A DNA stretch of 64,000 nucleotides. Origin: Heterodontus francisci. Lineage: Eukaryota. Of the stretch, positions 52,601 to 61,815 are shown piece after piece. Location of the stretch: NCBI RefSeq assembly GCF_036365525.1, contig NC_090374.1:13495168-13559167 (forward strand). The letters are read 5' to 3'. The first letter of the stretch is position 1; every line of letters starts with the position of its first letter. A program made the translations under genes and the position numbers. The notes under the pieces were generated by a model. It saw only the letters and a list, made by a program, of their open reading frames with translations. It searched no databases and was not told the DNA's origin.

Positions 52601-55600
52601 ATCCAGGAAATTATAGGCCGGTGAGCCTTAAGTCAGTGGTAGGGAAATTATTAGAGAGGATTCTTCGGGACAGGATTTACTCCCATTTGGAAACAAACAA
52701 ACTTATTAGCGAGAGGCAGCATGGTTTTGTGAAGGGGAGGTCGTGTCTCACTAATTTGATTGAGTTTTTTGAGGAAGTGACAAAGATGATGGATAAAGGA
52801 AGGGCAGTGTATGTTGTCTATTTGGACTTCAGTAAAGCCTTTGACAAGGTCCCTCATGGAAGACTGGTACAAAAGGTGAAGTCACATGGGATCAGAGGTG
52901 AGCTGGCAAGATGGATACATAACTGGCTCGGTCATAGAAGACAGAGGGTAGCAGTGGAACGGTGCTTTTCTGAATGGAGGGCTGTGACTAGTGGTGTTCC
53001 GTAGGGATCAGCGCTGGGACCTTTGCTGTTTGTAGTATATATAAATGATTTGGAGGAAAATGTAGCTGGTCTGATTAGTAAGTTTGCGGACAACACAAAG
53101 GTTGGTGGAGCTGCGGATAGTGATGAGGATTGTCAGAGGATACAGCAGGATATAGGTCGGTCGGAATCTTGGGCGGAGAAATGGCAGATGGAGTTTAATC
53201 CGGACAAATGTGAGGTAATGCATTTTGGAAGGTCTAATGCAGGTGGGAGGTGTACAGTAAATGGCAGAACCCTCAGGAGTATTGACAGGCAGAGAGATCT
53301 GGGCGTACAGGTCCACAGGTCACTGAAAGTGGCAACGCAGGTGGATAAGGTAGTCAAGAAGGCATACGACATGCTTGCCTTCATCGGTCGGGGCATAGAG
53401 TATAGAAATTGGCAGGTTATGCTGCAGCTGTACAGAACCTTAGTTAGGCCACACTGAGAATATTGCGTGCAATTCTGGTCGCCACACTACCAGAAGGACG
53501 TGGAGGCTTTGGAGAGGGTACAGAAGAGGTTTACCAGGATGTTGCCTGGTCTGGAGGGCATTAGCTATGAGGAGAGGTTGGATAAACTCGGATTGTTTTC
53601 ATTGGAACGACGGAGGTGGAGGGGCGACATGATAGAGGTTTACAAAGTTATGAGCGGCATGGACAGAGTGGATAGTCAGAAGCTTTTTCCCAGGGTGGAA
53701 GAGTCAATTACTAGGGGACATAGGTTTAAGATGAGAGGGGCAAAATTTAGAGGGGATGTGCGAGGCAAGTTCTTTACACAGAGGGTGGTGAGTGCCTGGA
53801 ACTTGCTGCCGGGGGAGGTGACGGAAGCAGGTACGATAGCGACATTTAAGAGGCATCTTGACAAATACATGAATAGGATGGGAATAGAGGGATACGGTCC
53901 CCGGAAGTGCAGAAGGTTTTAGTTTAGGCAGGCATCAAGATCGGCGCAGGCTTGGAGGACAAATGGCCTGTTCCTGTGCTGTCAAGTCGGCATGAGAGAG
54001 GAAGTGTTGGGTATTCTAAAAGGCATTAAGGTGGACAAGTCCCCAGGTCCGGATGGGATCTATCCCAGGTTACTGAGGGAAGCGAGAGAGGAAATAGCTG
54101 GGGCCTTAACAGATATCTTTGCAGCATCCTTAAACACAGGTGAGGTCCCGGAGGACTGGAGAATTGCTAATGTTGTCCCCTTGTTTAAGAAGGGTAGCAG
54201 GGATAATCCAGGTAATTATAAACCGGTGAGCCTGACGTCAGTGGTAGGGAAGCTGCTGGAGAAGATACTGAGGGATAGGATCTATTCCCATTTGGAAGAA
54301 AATGGGCTTATCAGTGATAGGCAACATGGTTTTGTGCAGGGAAGGTCAAACTTAATAGAATTCTTTGAGGAAGTGACAAAGTTGATTGATGAGGGAAGGG
54401 CTGTAGATGTCATATACATGGACTTCAGTAAGGCGTTTGATAAGGTTCTCCATGGTAGGCTGATGGAGAAAGTGAAGTCGCATGGGGTCCAGGGTGTACT
54501 AGCTAGATGGATAAAGAACTGGCTGGGCAACAGGAGACAGAGAGTAGCAGTGGAAGGGAGTTTCTCAAAATGGAGACGTGTGACCAGTGGTGTTCCACAG
54601 GGATCCGTGCTGGGACCACTGTTGTTTGTGATATACATAAATGATTTGGAGGAAAGTGTAGGTGGTCTGATTAGCAAGTTTGCAGACGACACTAAGATTG
54701 GTGGAGTAGCAGATAGTGAAGGGGACTGTCAGAGAATACAGCAGAATATAGATAGATTGGAGAGTTGGGCAGAGAAATGGCAGATGGAGTTCAATCAGGG
54801 CAAATGCGAGGTGGTGCATTTTGGAAGATCCAATTCAAGAGTGAACTATACAGTAAATGGAAAAGTCCTGGGGAAAATTGATGTACAGAGAGATTTGGGT
54901 GTTCAGGTCCATTGTTCCCTGAAGGTGGCAATGCAGGTCAATAGAGTGGTCAAGAAGGCATACGGCATGCTTTCCTTCATCAGACGGGGTATTGAGTACA
55001 AGGGTTGGCAGGTCATGTTACAGTTGTATAGGACTTTGGTTCGGCCACATTTGGAATACTGCGTGCAGTTCTGGTCGCCACATTACCAAAAGGATGTAGA
55101 TGCTTTGGAGAGGGTGTAGAGGAGGTTCACCAGGATGTTGCCTGATATGGAGGGCGCTAGCTATGAAGAGAGGTCGAGTAGATTAGGATTATTTTCATTA
55201 GAAAGACGGAGGTTGAGGGGGGACCTGATTGAGGTGTACAAAATCATGATAGATATAGACAGGGTGGATAGCAAGAAGCTTTTTCCCCAGAGTGGGGGAT
55301 TCAATTACTAGGGGTCACGAGTTCAAAGTGAGAGGGGAAAAGTTTAGGGGGGATATGCGTGGAAAGTTCTTTACGCAGAGGGTGGTGGGTGCCTGGAACG
55401 CGTTGCCAGCGGAGGTGGTAGACGCGGGCACGATAGCGTCTTTTAAGATGTATCTAGACAGATACATGAATGGGCAGGAAGCAAAGAGATACAGACCCTT
55501 AGAAAATAGGCGACATGTTTAGATAGAGGATCTGGATCGGCGCAGGCTTGGAGGGCCGAAGGGCCTGTTCCTGTGCTGTAATTTTATTTGTTCTTTGTTC

Positions 55601-58600
55601 TTGTCCTGTTCTTTGTACTTCTTCCAAAAGGTAGTGAGAGAGCTCTGTGATCAGCAGCCTGAAGGAAGAGAATGGTTCAGTAACATCTTCGCAGTCCGAC
55701 AAACTAAGGATCAGCAAAACCTTTTATGCTGGGCTGTACGACGTGAAGCCCGCAGACAGCACGGCCTCCCAGTCCTTCCTGTCATCTATCACGGAGGTCT
55801 TAGATGACAGCATGAAGGAGAGACTGGACAAGCTGCTAACTCTGGACGAGCTGGCAAAGGCCGTCAAGTCCTTCGAGACGAGTAAAACTCCCGGAAGCGA
55901 TGGTTTACCGGTTGAGTTGTATTCGGCCCTGTGGGACTGGGTTGGCCCGGGACTGCTGGAAGTATACGAGAGTATGCTTCTGGCGGGCGGCATGTCAGAA
56001 TCCATGAGGAAAGGCATCACCCTCATCTGCAAGCGGAAGGGGGAGAGGGCAGAAATCAGAAATTGGCGGCCATCTCACTGCTTCTGTCCAAGGTCAGTCT
56101 GCTTTGGAGTTGGTCATTTACCCTGACCAGACCTGCACTGTACCTGGCAGGAAGGTCTCTGATCGTCTTGCGCTACTCAGGGATATGATCACCTATGTAC
56201 GGGACAGGAGGGTGGACACGTGCCTTATCAGCCTGGACCAAGAGAAGGCTTTTGACAGGATATCACACACCTACATGATGAACGTGCTCTCCAAAATGGG
56301 GTTTGGGGAGGGAATCTACAATTGGATCAAACTGCTCTACACAAACATCAGTAGCGCAGTCTCAATCAATGGGTGGGAATCAGTAAGTTTCCTGATCCAA
56401 TCTGGAGTCAGACAGGGTTGTCCTCTCTCCCCGGTCTTGCTTGTTTGCTGTATTGAACCCTTTGCTGAGTCTATTAGGAAGGATGCAGGCATAAGAGGGG
56501 TGAGAATCCCAGGCAGCAGAGGCACTTGAGTAAAAACCTCCTTGTACATGGACGACGTCACCATCTTCTGCTCGGATCCGCTGTCTGTGTGCAGACTGAT
56601 GAGCATCTGCGACCAGTTCGAACTGGCCTCGGGAGCCAAAGTTAACCACGGCAAGAGCGAGGCCATGTTCTTTGGAAACTGGGCTGACCGATCCTTTGTC
56701 CCCTTCACCGTTCGGTCAGACTATCTGAAGGTGCTGGGAATATAGTTCGGAAGGGCTGGGTCATGCACCAAAACCTGGAAGAAGCGAGTAGCCATGGTAC
56801 ACCATAAACTGAGCATGTGGGAGCAACGATCTCTCTCCATTGTGGGCAAGAACCTGGTCATCAGGTGCGAGGCGCTCACATTGTTGCTGTATGTGGCACA
56901 GGTCTAGCCCATATCCCACTCCTGCACTGTGGCGGTCGCCCGAGCCATTTTCCGCTTCGTCTGGGGATCCAAAATGGACCGGGTCCAGAGGGACACGATG
57001 TTCAAACCTCTGGATAAGGGAAAAATGTACCCAACGTCACCCTCATCCTGATGACCACCTTTGTGTGCGGCTGCATCAAGCTGTGCGTAGACCTCCAGTA
57101 CACAAACAATAAGTGTCACTATGTGCTGAGCTTCTATCTGTTCCCGGTGTTGCAAAGGATGGGCCTGGTCACATTGCCGCGGAACACTCCATCCAGTTGG
57201 ACCGTGCCATTCCACCTATCCTTTGTGGGAAAGTTTCTGCAGGAAAACACCTTTGACCACCAATCCATCAGGCAGTGGTCTGCACGGAATGTCCCCAAGG
57301 CCCGACAGGAAAAGGAGATGGTGGATCCTGTCGGTTGGTTCCCCGAGCAGACTGCCAAAGTCATTTGGCAGAATGTCTCATCACCAAAGCTTTCAAACAA
57401 GCACCAAGATGTAGCTTGGCTGGTGGTGAGAAGAGCCCTCCCCGTCAGATCCTTCCTGCACACCCGGAGTCTCACTCCCTCCGCACAATGCCCTCGAGGT
57501 GGCTGTGGTGGGGAAGAGACAGTTGCCCACCTCCTTTTGGAATGTGTCTTTGCAAAGCAGGTGTGGAAAGAGATACAGTGGTTTTTGTCGAGGTTCATCC
57601 CAAGCAGCTCTGTAACACAAGAGCCTGTGCTCTACGGGCTGTTCCCAGGGATGCACACTGACATAAACATCAACTGCTGCTGGAGGACCATCAATTCGGT
57701 GAAAGACGCTCTTTGGTCTGCACGAAACTTGCTGGTCTTCCAGCACAAAGAGTTGTCCACGACCGAGTGTTGCAGACTGGCACATTCCAAGGTCCAGGAC
57801 TATGTGCTGAGGGACACACTAAAGCTTGGGGCAGCTGCGGCAAAGGCTCAATGGGGAAAGACCACTGTGTAAGGTCCCCCCCGCCTACCAAGGTGATCTG
57901 AGGGGCTGGATCCATGGAAAACCGCTCGGGCTGTATCCAGAAAATATGGGTTTGTTACAAAATGTACATGGCATGTAAAATGAAATGGAGGGGTTGTGAG
58001 GCAACTCATTCCTGTATTGAAGGAAACTGATCTCCTTTTCATTCTTTGTATTGTTGACTTGGTGCTGTTTTGAACTGTTTTGTAATGTATTTTTTTACAG
58101 ATTTTTATGAATAAAGTGTACTTTGGGGGGAAAAAAATTAAAGAAGTATTCCAAATTATTTTGGGTTGGGGGGAAATCTGCCATGTGGCTCTTCTCTGCA
58201 CCAGCTCCAGTGCTTGAATGTCTTTCCTCTTTCAACGGGCAGCACTCAAGGTGCAGCCTGATCCCATGTATCAGCCATGACTCAGTGGGTGGTGCTCTCA
58301 CCGAGCACCAATCCCAGGCTGACACACCAGTGCAGTACTGAGGGAGTGCTGCACTGTCAGAGAGAGATTGAACGGAGTCCCTGTCTGCCCTCTTATATAG
58401 ATGTAAAAGATTCCATGTTACTACTTGATGGTCTTATGGTCACCATTACTGAGACAGGTTTTTAATTCCAGAATAATTTAATTAATTAAATTTATATTTA
58501 CCAGCTGCTGTGGTCAGTTTTGAATTTAAGTCTACTGATTATTTGCTAGGCCATTAGAATACCAGCCTAGTAACTTAACCACTATGCTACCATGCCCCAT

Positions 58601-60815
58601 AACAAACAGACCAATCTTTCTTTTTTCAGATAGCTGTTCACTTTGGTCATGTTCCTAACTCATACTCCACTGTACGCCTTTGTAGTTCAACACGACTGGT
58701 TTTGTTGATTTCTGCTCTGTATTGCTTGGACATGTTGAGCTTTTAGTCTCCTAAGCCTGGCTCTCTTTAGCCCTCATCAGCACCATTTACCGAGCATGTT
58801 TGTTACCCATTTTCCTTCCTTGTGCAATACTTTATACAGTCACTGACTCCAGCTGGGCACTGACTACATGCTAACTCTTGATCAAAGGTACAAGACTAAT
58901 CAATGACTGTTGGCAGGATATTCAGCAGGGGAGAGGGGAAGGTAGGGAAAGATGGCAGTCTCCCCTGTCTTCACCCAATGGGACCCCAGGAGGTACAAGA
59001 CCCATCATGTCTTCAGTCAATGGGACTGGGGAGGTACCTCTTGAAAAGGGACAGAAAATAATCAAAAAGGCTAAGTGAATGCTCACCTTTATTTCTAGAA
59101 TTCCAGAATACAAGTCATGCTTCATGCAAAGCCCTGGTTAAAGACCACACCTGGAGAATTGTGAGCAGTTTAGATTTAGATTTAGAGATACAGCACTGAA
59201 ACAGGCCCTTCGGCCCACCGAGTCTGTGCCGACCATCAATCTCCCATTTATACTAATCCTACACTAATCCCATATTCCTACCACATCCTCACCCGTCCCT
59301 ATATTCCCCTACCACCTACCTATACTAGTGGCAATTTATAACGGCCAATTTACCTATCAACCTGCAAGTCTTTTGGCTGTGGAAGGAAACCGGAGCACCC
59401 GGAGGAAACCCACACAGACACAGGGAGAACTTGCAAACTCCACACAGGCAGTACCCAGAATTGAACCCAGGTCACTGGAGCTGTGAGGCTGCGGTGCTAA
59501 CCACTGCGCCACTGTGCCACCCTAGACATCACACCTTAGGAAGAATATATTGGCCTTGGAGGGAGTGCAGTGTAGATTTACCAGAATGATAGCTGCGCTC
59601 TAAGTGTTAAATTAGGAGGAAAGATTACACAAACTCAGGTTGTATTCCCTGGAATTTTGAAGGTTAAAAGGTGATTTTATTGAATTCTTCAAACTGTTAA
59701 TGGGCATAGAGAGAGAAAAACTATTTCTGCTGGTTATGGAGTCCAGGACTCGGGGGCATAGTCTAAAAATTAGAGTCCGACCTTTCAGGAGTTGAATTAG
59801 AAACACTTCTACACACAAATGGTGATGGAAGCTTGGAACTCTCTGCCACAAATGACAGTTGATGTTAGATCAATTGCTAATTTTAAATCGGAGATCGGTA
59901 AGAGTTTTGGTATCCAAAGATATGAAGGGACATGGGGCAAAGGCAGGGATATGGAGTTCCGTTGTCGATCAGCTGTGATCTCATTGAATGGCAGAACAGG
60001 CTCCCCGGCTAAGTGGCCTCTTCCTATGTCCCCACATTGCCCTCAGCCAATGGAGGCTGGGGGAGATGGAAGCCTCCTCCCCATTCCTCCCCCTCCAATG
60101 TCCTCAGCCAATGCCTATAGAGCAGTGGTGTCTATATTGGTAGAGATGTTGCATGTGGGGATGATTTTATTTGCTCCAAGCCCAGGGCACTGAAGCCGGT
60201 TTGAACAGGTCAAATCAGCGAGTGTGCGAAATACTGCGGGAGGTTTGGGAGACAGGTGATGGAATGGTCTAGAAATAGTCTCTCTCCTTCTTACTGCCTC
60301 CTGCCTCAGATCAACTGAGAGAGCCCAGGACAGGGAGCAAAACCCGAAACCTACCAGACCAGGTGAAGCCTTTAGCCATTGAGCTACCGGGGCAGCTCCA
60401 GCCCCTGAATATTGTTCCTCACCTTCCACTCTCAGACTCGTTAGTTTCGGTGTTTGAACATTTCCAATATTGAGCTCCACACGACACTGATAAGGACCAC
60501 TGTCCGCCCGGATCAGCCGCTCCATCATTATTGAGACATCTTTGTTACTGAAGTTCCCCACGAATCTGAATCGATTCCCGCCGTCCTGCTGTATCACATT
60601 CTCACACAGCTCACTCTGTGAATGGCCTGGACCAGAATATGTACACTTAAAAATAACATTGTAATCCCATGAATCGCGGTTGTACCATATCACAGAGCCG
60701 GTGACCGTCTGATCAGGGTGTGGGTGGGTGAAAGTACACGGCAAGACAGCGGAACCTCCTTCCTCAACACTCACTATATCCGCAGTGCTCATTGTCCAAC
60801 CATTACCCGAAACCT
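13700..60815 (-). CDS. Multi-exon Siglec-15-like immunoglobulin-superfamily receptor gene (V-V-TM-tyrosine-motif tail); leader exon not in window
   Basis: Collinear minus-strand exons with canonical AG/GT sites: 60815-60423, 51473-51123, 48676-48563, 43672-43611, tail cassettes at ~27.1, ~24.2 and ~14.1 kb, and AATAAA at 13724-13719. Confidence 0.8.
13719..13724 (-). terminator. Polyadenylation signal AATAAA of the receptor gene
   Basis: TTTATT on the + strand, about 230 nt downstream of the stop codon at 13953. Confidence 0.55.
13953..14005 (-). CDS. Terminal coding exon C1 (TSEGHSPVCEPKAVGTG*)
   Basis: Strong acceptor gtctcccctcctcctcttccatcag, phase 1. The upstream intron would be only 63 nt. 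Confidence 0.5.
14069..14110 (-). CDS. Tail exon B1 (VQGSKKPTVADSEE), 42 bp
   Basis: CTAAC branch point plus ctccttcag acceptor; GTGAGT donor; phase 1-1; homologous to 24100 and 27023. Confidence 0.65.
14192..14245 (-). CDS. Tail exon A1 (QPDSCTYASIMTDSSKK), 54 bp, YxxI motif
   Basis: ctgtttgtcttacag acceptor; AAG|GTAAGT donor; phase 1-1. Confidence 0.72.
14330..14705 (-). mobile_element. Degraded L2-like LINE 3' fragment
   Basis: Residual L2-type ORF2 C-terminus; similar copy at 48010-48380. Confidence 0.55.
14728..14808 (-). mobile_element. Penelope-like element terminal fragment containing a hammerhead core
   Basis: Matches 49960-50040. Minus strand reads CTGATGA-AGGGTC-GCA-GACCT-GAAAC-GTT-AACT. 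Confidence 0.7.
14815..15505 (-). mobile_element. Degraded CR1 RT fragment
   Basis: ORF 14841..15068 (TLVRPQLE...ERVQGRF). Confidence 0.8.
15510..16545 (+). mobile_element. Degraded CR1 3' half
   Basis: PQGSVLG, FVDD and LEYCVQFW motifs in broken ORFs, followed by a CR1 3' UTR. Confidence 0.88.
16636..19507 (+). mobile_element. CR1 LINE, near-complete but disrupted ORF2 (APE endonuclease + RT); young subfamily ending ...KCRRF
   Basis: NARS, ITETWL, YRPP, GDFNFP and SDH endonuclease motifs; RT motifs; TGTTCTTTGTTC tail. Confidence 0.95.
19508..22455 (-). mobile_element. Tx1-clade LINE 5' part: 5' UTR, frameshifted ORF1, start of internally deleted ORF2
   Basis: ORF1 has LSNVPPFI and a degenerate CCHC knuckle (HVCKGLGHVRKNYP). 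ORF2 MKITIASLNING is joined directly to RT motif TDYKIFAR. Confidence 0.88.
22456..23600 (-). mobile_element. Tx1-clade LINE 3' end (zf-RVT region, 3' UTR, poly-A), interrupted by a V-SINE
   Basis: LGWRVLHRAVPCN...CNFCG...ESVFHVYMEC; T-run at 22456-22474. Confidence 0.85.
22606..22924 (+). mobile_element. HE1-like V-SINE (tRNA-derived head, CR1-type tail)
   Basis: A/B boxes (TGGCACAGTGG, GGTTCAATTC), V-domain, tail GGGCCGAAGGGCCTGTTTC...(CTAAA)n. Confidence 0.85.
23601..23709 (+). repeat. About 1.6 copies of a ~68-bp repeat (GTGCTGTACCTGTCCTGGGAGTGTTTGATGGGAC...)
   Basis: Second, diverged copy starts at 23669. Confidence 0.6.
23999..24024 (-). CDS. Candidate terminal exon C2 (RLMYPWVW*), matching ITIM consensus LxYxxV
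   Basis: Acceptor tcccactccctccccatgtccttcag lies 75 nt after the B2 donor; phase 1. Confidence 0.4.
24100..24156 (-). CDS. Tail exon B2 (ELLVLVKVGKRFTISASED); ancestral acceptor reads GG, with an in-frame AG 15 nt upstream
   Basis: Homology to B1; GTGAGT donor. Confidence 0.5.
24229..24276 (-). CDS. Tail exon A2 (QDDSCTYAEIDTNRT), 48 bp, YxxI motif
   Basis: ctgtttgtcttacag acceptor; CAG|GTACGC donor; phase 1-1. Confidence 0.72.
24333..24450 (+). mobile_element. DeuSINE-like (SacSINE1/AmnSINE1-type) head fragment
   Basis: tRNA-like head with GGTTCAAATCC; related to 27248, 48740 and 58270. Confidence 0.55.
24451..24785 (+). mobile_element. tRNA-derived SINE (family with AAGGGCAATTAGGGATGGGC tail)
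   Basis: Aligns by eye with 36795-37185 and 61122-61487. Confidence 0.8.
24786..26912 (+). mobile_element. Degraded CR1 LINE ORF2
   Basis: KSPGPDG, QHGF, DFQKAFD and FADD motifs; CR1 3' UTR. Confidence 0.92.
27023..27065 (-). CDS. Tail exon B3 (..KDDKRFTISASED); acceptor shifted, possibly a pseudo-exon
   Basis: Near-identical to B2; GTGAGT donor. Available acceptors give 43 or 51 nt, and both hit a stop in phase 1. Confidence 0.4.
27146..27193 (-). CDS. Tail exon A3 (QDDSCTYAELDSNRT), 48 bp, YxxL motif
   Basis: ctgtttgtcttacag acceptor; CAG|GTACAT donor. Confidence 0.72.
29213..30162 (+). pseudogene. CR1 ORF1 (CxxC zinc finger/coiled coil + SGNH esterase), frameshifted
   Basis: CSSC...CRKC, IGDS, HIGTND and DGMHLN motifs. 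Confidence 0.9.
30350..35646 (-). mobile_element. Inverted CR1 of the ...KCRRF subfamily, nested in the full-length CR1 and split by an RTE
   Basis: ORFs 35067..35594, 34566..35066, 31470..32045 and 30432..31466; tail at 30350-30375. Confidence 0.93.
32041..34680 (+). mobile_element. 5'-truncated RTE-clade LINE
   Basis: 566-aa ORF with GKAPGKDGI, NYRGISL, FIDLTKAFD, LLFAD and LLYGCEAW; (GAA)n tail at 34662-34680. Confidence 0.93.
35989..36670 (+). mobile_element. CR1 3' fragment (...KCRRF subfamily)
   Basis: ORF 35989..36429; TGTTCTTTGTTCTTTG tail; GTGAA at both junctions. Confidence 0.9.
36795..37185 (+). mobile_element. Full-length tRNA-derived SINE
   Basis: A/B boxes (GTTCGAATC); tail shared with the LINE end at 45398-45460. 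Confidence 0.85.
37671..37962 (+). mobile_element. Penelope-like fragment replacing part of the host CR1 ORF2
   Basis: Reverse-complement similarity to 49940-50380; degenerate hammerhead at 37866-37902. Confidence 0.75.
41184..41512 (+). mobile_element. DeuSINE-like body and tail (head at 27248-27275)
   Basis: GGAGGTGCCATCTTTAGGATGAGA...AGATCCCACGGC...GGCCAATAT core; GCTATATAAATGCAAG tail. Confidence 0.6.
41645..41905 (-). mobile_element. Diverged copy of the 36795-type SINE
   Basis: Reverse complement of the CCTTTAGGGAAGGAAA...GCAAGCCACTCAGTT core. Confidence 0.65.
41915..42222 (+). mobile_element. CR1 3' fragment
   Basis: RGHRL...FF.QRV remnant followed by 3' UTR. Confidence 0.7.
43611..43672 (-). 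CDS. Membrane-proximal cytoplasmic exon (KDTGSSSIAGTDQTHQQSAP in phase 2-1), 62 bp
   Basis: Acceptor tttctgttcattttttttttcag; CAG|GTACCG donor; splices in frame to the A exons. Confidence 0.65.
43815..45470 (+). mobile_element. CR1-group LINE RT and 3' end (partner of the 36795-type SINE)
   Basis: QFGFR, LDIKAAFD, PQGSVLGP and FADD motifs. Confidence 0.9.
45608..46142 (+). mobile_element. CR1 3' fragment
   Basis: LERVQRRFTR...WNSLP ORF; (TTCTTATG) tail. Confidence 0.9.
48010..48380 (-). mobile_element. L2-like 3' fragment
   Basis: Similar to 14330-14705. Confidence 0.55.
48563..48676 (-). CDS. Transmembrane exon (EKPPAPSTNIYLLVILLLILLLILFILIIIFIIFRKKG)
   Basis: Acceptor ttcttgctgttttacag; phase 1, in frame with Ig exon 2; 26 hydrophobic residues followed by RKK; GAG|GTGGGT donor (alternative donor at 48541). 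Confidence 0.88.
48740..49240 (+). mobile_element. DeuSINE-like element with internal insertion
   Basis: TCTTTCAGATGAGACG...AAAGATCCCATGG...GAGCAGGG core. Confidence 0.6.
49360..49700 (-). mobile_element. CR1 3' fragment
   Basis: ORF VRMWNLLP...FKGKLDKYM. Confidence 0.8.
49905..50625 (-). mobile_element. Penelope-like element 3' part (GIY-YIG C-terminal remnant + terminal repeat)
   Basis: FVEHLHSVRK...VAFHFN...EEQQLIFRLGTLQP. Confidence 0.8.
50007..50043 (-). ncRNA. Minimal type I hammerhead ribozyme motif
   Basis: GGUU-CUGAUGA-A-AGGUC(ACC)GAUCU-GAAAC-GUU-AACU: stem I, core, stem II and palindromic ACGU stem III. Confidence 0.7.
51123..51473 (-). CDS. Ig V-set exon 2 (117 codons; YLCLVE, no Siglec Arg)
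   Basis: VTLPC..W..YLC Ig motifs; cctttcctcag acceptor; G|GTAAGA donor; phase 1-1. Confidence 0.9.
52224..53983 (+). mobile_element. CR1 (...KCRRF subfamily) nested in Tx1; last tail bases at 55606-55615
   Basis: RT ORFs 52525..53922. Confidence 0.92.
53984..55601 (+). mobile_element. CR1 inserted in the 3' tail of the preceding CR1
   Basis: 375-aa RT ORF; TGTC at 53980-53983 and 55602-55605. Confidence 0.9.
58270..58425 (+). mobile_element. DeuSINE-like fragment
   Basis: CAGTGCAGTACTGAGGGAGTGCTGCACTG...GTAAAAGATTCCATG. Confidence 0.6.
59040..60030 (+). mobile_element. Degraded CR1 3' fragment interrupted by a V-SINE
   Basis: RPHLE...RGHSLKI...WNSLP remnants. Confidence 0.75.
59169..59521 (-). 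mobile_element. Full-length HE1-like V-SINE
   Basis: Reverse complement of 22606-22924, with a (CTAAAT)n tail. Confidence 0.88.
60423..60815 (-). CDS. Siglec-15-like V-set Ig exon (131 codons) with the essential Arg (YQCRVE)
   Basis: WTM, AVLPCTFTHPH, IFKC, SELC, RFR and CRVE match recalled Siglec-15 V-domain motifs; (CT)n-ccacag acceptor; G|GTGAGG donor. Confidence 0.9.
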
Positions 60816-60964
60816 CTGTGGAGAGAGAGAGAGAGAGAATATTAAAACAGCACAGGGACAGAGAATACTGTTTCAAAATCAAACTGTGAGACAACATACT
60901 GTGTTCTGTAGTGATAACAGATGCATCAGATTTACGAGAATGGTTCATGATGAGAGACTTCAAT

Positions 60965-61760
60965 CATGAGGATTGATTGGAGAAGCTGGGATTGTTCTCC
61001 TTAGAGAACAGAAGGTTGAGAGGAGATTTGATAGAAGTGTTCAAAATCATGAGGGGTCTGGACAGAGTAGATAGAGAGAAACTGTTCCCATTGGAGGAAG
61101 GGCCAAGAACCACTGGACATTGGGGATATGGTGGCACAGTGGTAATGTCACTGGGCTAGTAATTCAGAGGCCCAGGCCTAATGCCCTGGGGGCACAGGTT
61201 CAAATCCCACCATGGCAGCTGGTGGAATTTAAATTGATCTAATTAAAAATCGAGAATTGAAAGCTAGTCTCAGTAATGGTGCTATGAAGCTATCATCAAT
61301 TGTCATAAAAACCCATCTGCTTCACTAATGTCCTTACCTGATCTGGTCTACATGTGACTGCAGACCCACAGCAATGTGGTTGACTCTTAACTACCCTCTG
61401 AAGTGACCTAGCAGGGCAATTAGGGATGGGCAACCAATGCTGACCTTGCCAGCAACACCCACATGCCATGAACAAATTTTTTAAAAATTGGCCAAAGAAC
61501 CAAAGGTGACATGAGAAACAACTTTTTTTTATGCAGTAAGTGGTTCATATCTGAAATGCACTGCCTGAGAGTGTGGTGAAGGCAGATTCAATCGTATCTT
61601 TAAAGAAAATTGGATAATTATCTGAAGAATAAAGATTTGCAGGGCTATAGGGAAAAGGAGGGGAAGTGACACTAGCTCAGTAGCTCTGATAGAGAGTTTG
61701 TATGGACATGATGGGCCAAATGGCCTCTTTCTGTGCTGTAGCTATTCCATGATTCTACCA
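60965..61760 (+). mobile_element. CR1 3' fragment with a SINE inserted at 61122-61487
   Basis: LEKLGLFSLE ORF; SINE matches the 36795-type. Confidence 0.8.
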
Positions 61761-61815
61761 TTATATCAGATTCAGATGCTATGGAGTGAGTTATAGACTC
61801 AAATATAATGGACGT

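Larger units (their letters stand above)
52095..58138 (+). mobile_element. 5'-truncated, disrupted Tx1-clade LINE (52095-52223 and 55616-58138)
   Basis: DEMCSR resumes as YFFQK; KTPGSDGLP, LDQEKAFD, GVRQGCPLS, YMDD and zf-RVT motifs; AATAAA plus A-tail. Confidence 0.9.
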
